A stretch of DNA of 64,000 nucleotides. Source: an uncultured Candidatus Saccharibacteria bacterium (GTDB lineage: Bacteria > Patescibacteriota > Minisyncoccia > Phycocordibacterales > UBA918). The translations under genes and the position numbers were made by a program. Numbering within the stretch: position 1 is the first letter of the stretch; the number at the start of each line of letters is the position of its first letter. The stretch spans positions 11,210 to 75,209 of the forward strand of contig CAZQIF010000003.1 in the NCBI GenBank assembly GCA_964593375.1. Reading direction: 5' to 3'. Below the pieces are notes generated by a model. It was not told where the DNA came from. It saw only the letters and a list, made by a program, of their open reading frames with translations, and ran no database searches. Below are positions 56,786 through 64,000 of the stretch, in pieces.

Positions 56786-57118
56786 ATGCCAACAAAAAAA
56801 GTGGCCGTTAAAAAAGTAGGAGGAGCGAAGCCAGCAGCAAAAAAGGGAAAGAAGAGTTTAGTCAGTGCTCCAAGCGAGCAGTGTTTCTGGACTACTGATG
56901 GCAGGGTGCTCGCAAACCTTGTCGAGCTCCGTGATGCCCTTAAGAGTATGGATGAAGCGGTGTTTTCACACCATGTCGCAAAGGGTAAAAATGACTTTGC
57001 AGATTGGATTCAGTACGTGCTTCAGGATGCAGAACTTGCATCAGCATTTCGAAAGTCAAAGAAGCCTAATACTGCTCGCGAGGTAGTAGTGAGCCGACTC
57101 CGTATCTACAGCATTTAA
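56786..57118 (+). CDS. hypothetical protein with a Lys-rich N-terminus
   Basis: 110-aa ORF embedded between GH57 and GH15; no recognisable motif. Confidence 0.4.
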   Translation: MPTKKVAVKKVGGAKPAAKKGKKSLVSAPSEQCFWTTDGRVLANLVELRDALKSMDEAVFSHHVAKGKNDFADWIQYVLQDAELASAFRKSKKPNTAREVVVSRLRIYSI

Positions 57119-57123
57119 TAATC

Positions 57124-59088
57124 ATGTCCCGCGCGATTACGTTAGGGAATGGCAATCTTTTGGTGGGCCTGGATCACCGCGGTCAGGTTCGTGATTTCTA
57201 TTTTCCATTTGTTGGGCACTCAAACCATGTAAGTGGTGCGAGTGGTTCGTATGTTCATCGAGTTGGCGTGTGGATAGACGGAACACTCAAATGGCTCTCC
57301 GATGAATCGTGGGATATCAAAATTGAGTATACCGAATTTACCGGCACAAGTGATATTCATGCGCGCAATAAGGATCTTGGCGTCGAACTACATATTACCG
57401 ACGCGGTGCACAACGAGCGTAATATTTTTATTCGGCGAGTGCGCGTCACAAACAGTCGTGACCACACACGGGAAATAAAAGTATTTTTTGGACAAGAATT
57501 TCGCATTTCTGAATCAAGGCGTGGCGACACTGCTTTTTATGATCCGCGCGTGCGCGCCATTGTGCATTACAAAGGGCATAATGCGTTTCTCGTTCATGCT
57601 GTTGTGAACGACGCACCATTTGTCGATTACTGCGTTGGACTTTTTAATATCGAAGGGAAGCAGGGAACGTACACCGATGCAGAAGATGGCATTCTTTCTC
57701 GAAATCCGATTGAACACGGTTCGGTTGATTCTGTGCTCGGAGTCACGTTCGAGGCTCAGCCGAAAGAAAGCATTGATGTATATTATTGGGTTGTGGTTGG
57801 AAAATCTATTAGTGAGACACACAAACTCCACCACCATATTCAGGATGAAAAACCTGAGACAATCATCACCTCAACCGAGCGCTATTGGCAAGCGTGGACA
57901 GAAAAAGAATCCCGAGACTTGTCACATCTTGAGAAACATCTTCAGCATCTCTACAAGCGATCCCTTGCCATCATTCGTGTACACACGGACAATCGCGGTG
58001 GCATTATTGCTTCCTCTGATTCGGATATGTTGAATCAAGGGCGAGACACCTACAGCTACGTGTGGCCACGCGACGCCGCGCTTACCGCAAATGCACTTGA
58101 TAGAGCGGGGCATATCGATGTGACGCAACGCTTCTTTACCTTTATGGCCGAACGACTTGAACCAGATGGATACCTCATGCATAAGTACCGTGTCGATGGG
58201 GTACTCGGAAGCTCGTGGCATCCCTGGGTACAAAATGGTGTTTTTAAATTGCCCATTCAAGAAGATGAAACCGCTTCTGTTCTCTACATGCTCGCGCAGC
58301 ATTACCACTACGCGAAAGACCTCGAGCTCATCGAATCACTCTATAACTCCTTCATTGAACCCGCTGCCGATTTTATGTGCGGGTACATCGAACCAGAAAC
58401 TGGCCTTCCGGTCGATTCGTATGATCTTTGGGAAGAAAAATATGGCTCTTCGACATACACGGCGGCTTCGGTCTATGGTGCGCTTAACTCCGCAGCAGAG
58501 CTTTCGGCAACACTCGGTAAGCGTGAGAATGCGAAAAAGTATCGTGATCGCGCGGAGCTCGTAAAAAGTGCGATTCTTACGCATCTCTATGATGTTTCCT
58601 CTGGAATGTTTGTGAAACTTGTACGTCACGAACGCGGAGGTCTCACATATGATAAAACAGCCGACATGAGTAGTTTCTTCGGCATTGTGGCGTTTGGTGT
58701 TCTCGATTCTTTTGATAAGCGAGTACAGAGTGCATTTAAAGTAGTACAGGAAAAGCTCAAGGTACCTACTTCATTCGGTGGTTACATGCGCTATGAGGGT
58801 GATAGGTATTACAAAACAGGAAATGATGCACCCCCAAACGCATGGTGTATTACCACCTTGTGGGTAGCACAGTACCACATCATGTGTGCGAAAAATAAAA
58901 AAGACCTGGAGAAAGCTCACGATATCATGAAGTGGGTATATGATCGTGCTACAAAGAGTGGAATTTTACCCGAGCAGATTCACCCGTACACTGGCGAACA
59001 CCTCTCGACTGCGCCACTCGTTTGGAGTCATTCCGAGTTTGTGATTACGGTAGATGAGTATCTCAAGAAACTTGCAACCTTCAAATAA
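57124..59088 (+). CDS. glucoamylase / glucodextranase (GH15) with an N-terminal beta-sandwich domain
   Basis: Catalytic region SYDLWEEKYGSSTYTAASVYGAL (LWEE general acid) and an (alpha/alpha)6 barrel layout. Confidence 0.8.
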   Translation: MSRAITLGNGNLLVGLDHRGQVRDFYFPFVGHSNHVSGASGSYVHRVGVWIDGTLKWLSDESWDIKIEYTEFTGTSDIHARNKDLGVELHITDAVHNERNIFIRRVRVTNSRDHTREIKVFFGQEFRISESRRGDTAFYDPRVRAIVHYKGHNAFLVHAVVNDAPFVDYCVGLFNIEGKQGTYTDAEDGILSRNPIEHGSVDSVLGVTFEAQPKESIDVYYWVVVGKSISETHKLHHHIQDEKPETIITSTERYWQAWTEKESRDLSHLEKHLQHLYKRSLAIIRVHTDNRGGIIASSDSDMLNQGRDTYSYVWPRDAALTANALDRAGHIDVTQRFFTFMAERLEPDGYLMHKYRVDGVLGSSWHPWVQNGVFKLPIQEDETASVLYMLAQHYHYAKDLELIESLYNSFIEPAADFMCGYIEPETGLPVDSYDLWEEKYGSSTYTAASVYGALNSAAELSATLGKRENAKKYRDRAELVKSAILTHLYDVSSGMFVKLVRHERGGLTYDKTADMSSFFGIVAFGVLDSFDKRVQSAFKVVQEKLKVPTSFGGYMRYEGDRYYKTGNDAPPNAWCITTLWVAQYHIMCAKNKKDLEKAHDIMKWVYDRATKSGILPEQIHPYTGEHLSTAPLVWSHSEFVITVDEYLKKLATFK

Positions 59089-59258
59089 ATCTTGCTGAGG
59101 CAAGCGCAGAACGGCGCGGATAGCACGCGGATTTATGCAGAAACAAATCGTTTGTCTTTCGTAAACTGTTAACCGTTAACCGATTACTGATAACTAACCT
59201 AATACTTCTTAATCGAAGTTGCTCAAGTCAGACCAGCTCAAGAAGATATACTATTTCA

Positions 59259-59300
59259 AATTTATATTATGATGTCCACGTGGACATCATAATATAAATT
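59259..59300. other. perfect 42-bp palindrome with a CACGTG core
   Basis: AATTTATATTATGATGTCCAC|GTGGACATCATAATATAAATT, 9 nt downstream of the truB stop. Confidence 0.5.
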
Positions 59301-59308
59301 AAAATCTC

Positions 59309-60121
59309 TCAGAATCTCCGGAGCCAAAAACCAAAATGCTTTCCGAGAGGAAAGTACTTGCCGATTGTGGTGCGGTGAATTGAGTATGCAAGGCCACACG
59401 TGCCAAATTTTTTCCCAATAACTTCTGCGAGCGAGCGCATGTAGGTCCCAGATGAAGCGACACAGGTAATGTTCGCTATGTAATATGCGGTGTTGTTGTC
59501 GGGTGATCTTTCCAAATCATTCCAACATTTTCGTACCTCAGTTCGGCGGAAATCTCGTCCGAGTACCTTTCGTTCATCGGTTACTGTAGGAATTGTTTCT
59601 ATTTTTTCGAGTACATTTTTGCAAAGCTCACTACGTGTAATCGTTCGAAGACTATTAAGCACAATTTTGTAAATACGTGATTCTTTCACTGGGATTTCGA
59701 TTTCATCAAGCCTCTTTTCAAGTGTCCACATGTGGAGTGGTTTCCCCCCTACGGTTTTTGCAGAGAAGTGTGGATAGGGAAGGGTAATATTTCCAATAAA
59801 CCTCAGAAGCACATCCTGAACTTGTTCCTCGTCAATCGCTTTGGTGTCACAGGTCTCTATAATACCAAGCACATCACCGGTATCAGAGTGTACTCCGAAG
59901 AGGACTTCAAATATGTACTCTTTATCGAGCGAATGGTATTTTTCTTGCCGTTTACATTCGTCGCCCACAAGAATAAGGAGTTTTCCTGAAGCCATTGGGT
60001 CGAGCCTTCCTGCATATGCAAGTGGAATACTTGAATTCAGTTTATGAAGCTCACGCAAACGGAGCGTCGCCTGAAGCGGAGTTTCACCAACTTTTTTTTC
60101 TATGGTGAAATATTTTCGCAC
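59309..60121 (-). CDS. truB: tRNA pseudouridine55 synthase
   Basis: GRLDPMASGKLLILVGDECK (TruB motif II with catalytic Asp). Confidence 0.85.
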   Translation of the reverse strand: MRKYFTIEKKVGETPLQATLRLRELHKLNSSIPLAYAGRLDPMASGKLLILVGDECKRQEKYHSLDKEYIFEVLFGVHSDTGDVLGIIETCDTKAIDEEQVQDVLLRFIGNITLPYPHFSAKTVGGKPLHMWTLEKRLDEIEIPVKESRIYKIVLNSLRTITRSELCKNVLEKIETIPTVTDERKVLGRDFRRTEVRKCWNDLERSPDNNTAYYIANITCVASSGTYMRSLAEVIGKKFGTCGLAYSIHRTTIGKYFPLGKHFGFWLRRF

Positions 60122-60144
60122 GCTTGTTTATTTAGGGTTGCTCT

Positions 60145-63039
60145 CTACCGACTTGCAACATCACCCAACCAATGTAACATTTTTTGGAGTGAACCGAGCA
60201 TTCGCCCGACTATACTCGGAGCATTTTTTTCTTGCGTCGTTGTTTGAGTGCTCCCCAGTGCAATAAGCGGAATACGCTCATTCAATACTACCGGTTCAAG
60301 GGTTGAACCAATTGATACATTTGGTTCAGATTGCTGCGTTTCCCCAAAGAGTGGAACAGGATCAGTTGACGAATCATTGTACCCATTCATAAAATTCCTG
60401 AAGCGAAGTATTTCGTCGCCCTGCGTGGCATTGAGTGGAAATACTACGCGGTAGTCACACTCAATTTCATTAATTTTCTTTTGTGTCGTGTAGTACACAA
60501 ATCCAGAATCACGCTTGAGACCCCACGGATAGAGTACCTCATCAGCGTATCGCTTCTGGAAGTCACGGACACCAATTTCAGTGAGAAGGTCAAATGTTCC
60601 GTTTATGGGGACATTGCTTCCCATGTGTCGCTTGAGGAACTGTTGTAGTTTTAAGACTTCCGCAGGGTCATTTTGGATGCCGTACCGCATGTATGTTTTG
60701 AGGTAAGGTTCACACATCGTTGCCTCGGCCCCAAGAACTTCTGGGGTTATATCGCCAATGGTGAGTGTATGGGTTGCCTTTGGAGATTCGTAGTATTTAC
60801 CTGTCTTTTCTGTTTTTGACTGGTGGAGACCAAAAATGTCAGCAGTATTTGTATACGTACCATATGTGGCGTCCTCAGCGAACTGCATGGTGTAGGTAAC
60901 CGAGAGCGTCTCTTTTGATTTAATGGTTCCTAAGTCCCAGTATTGTTCACTGGTGGTTGCACCATTTTCATTTTTGAGCACATCACGAAGCATTGACTTC
61001 AAGATGGGGCCACCATTATTCGTGACGGTAATCGTATAGTCGACTGAGCCACCTGGTTCTACAGTTGCAACATTTGCAGACTTCGATATAACCACTTCGG
61101 CAGGTTGGGTTGACTTACTACGATGGCTACTGCCGCGATTTTTTCCTGAGTAAATGCTTAGGTATTCGGTGTTATCGCTCGTATCTGCATCAGGTTCAAG
61201 TGCAGTAACCGTCGCTTCGGTGACAATTTCGCGCATCGATGTTGGGAGGCCACGGTGTATCATTGTTGTAAAGGAAACCTCTTTTGTTGCATGAGGTGCA
61301 ATGTCACCGAGTGACCACACACCATGCGCACCACGGCTGTCGTGTTCAACTTGTGTAACACCTTGTACAGACACCAACTCGCCCTCATTGAAGTGATTGT
61401 CGAGTTTAACATTAGTTGCTGTTGCGTCTCCGTTGTTTACTACAGTATACGTGTAGGTCACTTCCGTCCCTGGCATGATCGGACTCGCATGTGGTGTCGC
61501 CTTTCCACCAATCCAAAGATCTGGCTTTCCGAATGCGAGGTTACCACTCCAGTTACCGAAAATATCAAAGATGAGAAGTGCCCAGTTTTGTCCAAGGATA
61601 TTTGTATTTGTGACATTGGTGACGTTTGCGGACGCATAGGCATCCCCAGTGCTGACTGCTCCGTCATCTCCAACTTTGTTATCTCCCGTGAGTGCGTACA
61701 CTGAGACATTGTTCTGTATATTCGCGATATTTGCGTTTGTGGAAGAAATATTACCTATAGCCCCACTGCCTTGCGCTCCGCTCGTGTTATAGAGGACGAT
61801 GCCGTTTTCTGTTTCTTGCCACGCCATGCCAAGAGGGAGCCCAAAGACGTCACCATTCCAATCTCCATGAATGCGAAGGACGAGCAAAAAATCACTGCCA
61901 CCAAACAGATTCGTGTTTACGATATTCTGAATTGAGCTATCGGCATACGCCTCTCCAGTCGCTATAATTCCACTTGATGCAGTGTTGCCTCCTGTTTCGG
62001 CATTTGTTACGAGGTTATTTCCAATTGTTGCAGTATTTGTATTGTCTGAGTCTGCTGAACCGACGGGCACTCCCCCTGCGTTAAAGAGAGAACTGAGCGC
62101 ATCAGCTCCAGGGAGCACAATATCGGCCGCATAATCGCCAAAATTATTGAATGCAATGAGGAGGTAGTTTGAATCAACAATGTTGGTATTTGCGACATTA
62201 AAGATATTTGCTGCGGCAAACGCATCGCCAGTTCCAATCAGACTCCCACTCCCACCTGTGTTACCTCCACTTTGTGCGTTTACCGTTACATCATTAGTAA
62301 TCGTTGCAGTATTTGTTGCGTTCAGGGTGAATGTTGATGCTCCGCTACCACACACTGAAAGAGAACAGGGAAGTGTTGATACGGATGTGTCTATGGTGTC
62401 AAAAATACTGAATGCATCACGTAGGTCAAAGGGATCGACCCCGAGTACTTCGTTGAAGAAGCCAATCAGGCCGTCTGAATTGAAAATATTAGTGTTCGCG
62501 ATATTGACGATGTTTGCATACGCGATTGCATCGCCGGTTAAGATGAGGGAATTATCTCCCAGTGCCGTGTTATCACCGGTTTCGGCAGTAATAACCGTAC
62601 TATTTGTGATGGTCGCTTCATTAGTTGTTGAAGCAATGACGGGTGAGGTATTGCCCCCTACATCCTCTGTGTCTTCAGGCGCAATCTCTTGTGAGAGTTC
62701 GAGAATTTCTTCGGTAGGACTGTCGGTTATTTGTGACGATGCTTCTTCGGATTTTTCTGTTTCTTCAGAATCGACTTGAGAAGCAGTATCAGCTCCAGTT
62801 TCCGTATCGTTTAGATTTACAATGTTCAAAGTCTCGAGCCCTGCGGTCGCATCCCCGGTGACGATTTCCGCTGGCACTTCCGGCAAAAGAGGAGAGGGCT
62901 CACTCATCACGGCGAGCATCTCTTCTGCATACACCAATGCAGGTAAAAGTGGTGCAGAGAGAAGTGATACCACCACAAGCATTGAAAGCGCTCCGTGGGC
63001 AACTCTACGCGTATTACTTTGTATTAAGTAGTGATACAT
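60145..63039 (-). CDS. large secreted surface protein with four beta-helix-like TGDAxAxANIxNVxNTNI repeats, DUF11-like repeat domains and a C-terminal peptidoglycan-binding-like domain
   Basis: Signal peptide (start set at MYHYLIQ...ALVYA). Repeats LTGDAIAYANIVNIANTNIF, GTGDAFAAANIFNVANTNIV, ATGEAYADSSIQNIVNTNLF and STGDAYASANVTNVTNTNIL. VTYTYTVVNNGDATATNV (DUF11-like). C-terminal LKLQQFLKRHMG...GVRDFQKRY. Confidence 0.65.
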   Translation of the reverse strand: MYHYLIQSNTRRVAHGALSMLVVVSLLSAPLLPALVYAEEMLAVMSEPSPLLPEVPAEIVTGDATAGLETLNIVNLNDTETGADTASQVDSEETEKSEEASSQITDSPTEEILELSQEIAPEDTEDVGGNTSPVIASTTNEATITNSTVITAETGDNTALGDNSLILTGDAIAYANIVNIANTNIFNSDGLIGFFNEVLGVDPFDLRDAFSIFDTIDTSVSTLPCSLSVCGSGASTFTLNATNTATITNDVTVNAQSGGNTGGSGSLIGTGDAFAAANIFNVANTNIVDSNYLLIAFNNFGDYAADIVLPGADALSSLFNAGGVPVGSADSDNTNTATIGNNLVTNAETGGNTASSGIIATGEAYADSSIQNIVNTNLFGGSDFLLVLRIHGDWNGDVFGLPLGMAWQETENGIVLYNTSGAQGSGAIGNISSTNANIANIQNNVSVYALTGDNKVGDDGAVSTGDAYASANVTNVTNTNILGQNWALLIFDIFGNWSGNLAFGKPDLWIGGKATPHASPIMPGTEVTYTYTVVNNGDATATNVKLDNHFNEGELVSVQGVTQVEHDSRGAHGVWSLGDIAPHATKEVSFTTMIHRGLPTSMREIVTEATVTALEPDADTSDNTEYLSIYSGKNRGSSHRSKSTQPAEVVISKSANVATVEPGGSVDYTITVTNNGGPILKSMLRDVLKNENGATTSEQYWDLGTIKSKETLSVTYTMQFAEDATYGTYTNTADIFGLHQSKTEKTGKYYESPKATHTLTIGDITPEVLGAEATMCEPYLKTYMRYGIQNDPAEVLKLQQFLKRHMGSNVPINGTFDLLTEIGVRDFQKRYADEVLYPWGLKRDSGFVYYTTQKKINEIECDYRVVFPLNATQGDEILRFRNFMNGYNDSSTDPVPLFGETQQSEPNVSIGSTLEPVVLNERIPLIALGSTQTTTQEKNAPSIVGRMLGSLQKMLHWLGDVASR

Positions 63040-63391
63040 AGTATTGAATGAGTACCTTAAGTTGCTGAATAAGCATGAGAAGCTGTGCATCTCGACTTTG
63101 CGCTTCTCCTGTCGTCGCTTCAACTGATGTTGTTACACCATTTTGGGTAATGACGCTCATATATGTTCCTGTTTCGTTCGTTGTACTGTCCTCGACTGTT
63201 ACTCCATTAATGATCGTTTTAGTTTTCGTGTGGGCTGTTCCAGTCCCATCACTTGATACAGAAACTGAGTTTATGATGGATGATGTATCGGCATGTACCG
63301 CGAGGGGGAAGATGAAAACACTGAGCAGTATGGCAACCGCCACAATACTCCCTCGTGCACTTTTTTTATGTATAAAAATGTGTTCTTTCAT
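63014..63391 (-). CDS. small secreted Thr/Ser-rich protein (hypothetical)
   Basis: Signal peptide AVAILLSVFIFPLAVHA; low-complexity T/S-rich body. Confidence 0.35.
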   Translation of the reverse strand: MKEHIFIHKKSARGSIVAVAILLSVFIFPLAVHADTSSIINSVSVSSDGTGTAHTKTKTIINGVTVEDSTTNETGTYMSVITQNGVTTSVEATTGEAQSRDAQLLMLIQQLKVLIQYYVSLLNTK

Positions 63392-63470
63392 ATCCTTCTC
63401 TAAAGTCTCAAACGTATGTTTAAGACTTTATTCGAAGGGGGGATAGTATATCCCCGACCTTCAAGGTGCG

Positions 63471-64000
63471 TTAGCGAGTAACGCGAGTAATGTTTCGGTT
63501 TACCACATTGACCACTTCAGAACCTGAAGTAGCTTTCCCTGTGTAGATTTCACCACCAACACCACCATTGCCACCCGTACCACCATTTCCTCCGACGTTG
63601 TTATCTGATGACCAGAATGAGAAGAATGGCATCATCATGCGTGAGCTTCGATTTCCTTCATTCTCAGCGTCACCACCGTTTCCACCCTCTTCACCATCAC
63701 CACCGTCAGCTTCATTGTCTCCAGTCTCAGCTTCAACCTCAACGTCGTTCATGACATTTGCGCTATTTGAAACGCGAACACGAATGTCATTGTCATCACC
63801 TCCGTTGTCTCGAGATTGTCTGTTGAAGGAGAAAGGCATCCAACCATCTTCCTCTTCATCACATCCACATGAATCAGTTACAACAGTTTCATTGTAATTT
63901 ACATCATTCATGACTGAAGAGAATGCAACTGCATCTCCTGTCTGGATGAGTCCACCAAGTGCACCACTGCCTCCATTTCCTCCATTTCCGCCAGTGTTAT
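63471..64000 (-). CDS. Gly/Asn/Asp-rich secreted protein, paralogous to the TGDA-repeat surface protein (5' end beyond the window)
   Basis: The reading frame continues open to the window edge; upstream in-frame TGDAVAFSSVMNDVNYNE matches the TGDAxAxxN repeat; GGNGGTGGNGG runs. Confidence 0.45.
   Translation of the reverse strand, partial: NTGGNGGNGGSGALGGLIQTGDAVAFSSVMNDVNYNETVVTDSCGCDEEEDGWMPFSFNRQSRDNGGDDNDIRVRVSNSANVMNDVEVEAETGDNEADGGDGEEGGNGGDAENEGNRSSRMMMPFFSFWSSDNNVGGNGGTGGNGGVGGEIYTGKATSGSEVVNVVNRNITRVTR

Noticed and set aside
1-64000. tRNA, rRNA and tmRNA genes
   Set aside because: Intergenic regions were scanned for T-loop GTTCRA motifs with CCA-proximal acceptor stems, for GGGG...CCACCA tmRNA ends, and for RNase P conserved boxes. 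None were found by eye, and a computational scan (tRNAscan-SE, Infernal) is needed for certainty.

Overview
This 64 kb window is a gene-dense bacterial chromosomal segment dominated by housekeeping genes. Core genes include thrS, dnaE, rnhB, rpmF, a nusB-Nudix fusion, rnc, smc, rnr, rpsP, trmD, rpoB, rpoC, dnaG, rpoD, uppP, hisS, prmC, rpmG and truB. Several features suggest an uncultivated, possibly CPR/Patescibacteria-like monoderm lineage (inference): a type IV pilin, ribosomal proteins and a sigma factor with Lys/Ala/Glu-rich extensions, a sortase, and a eukaryote-type class I aldolase. Accessory content includes a 1343-aa surface protein with about ten tandem 80-aa Ig-like repeats next to a sortase, and a second surface-protein family with beta-helix-like TGDA..NTNI repeats. 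It also includes a RhuM-Doc (Fic family) protein with a small upstream partner, a PaaX-like regulator flanked by two near-identical perfect palindromes, a helicase-nuclease fusion, and an alpha-glucan cluster (glycogen synthase-like GT, GH57, GH15). The most unusual signal is non-coding. At least three interrelated families of short intergenic repeats sit directly after stop codons. One is a REP-like family with a conserved single-stranded motif followed by hairpins whose stems differ by compensatory changes. A candidate T-box riboswitch precedes thrS. No rRNA, tRNA or CRISPR array was found by eye.
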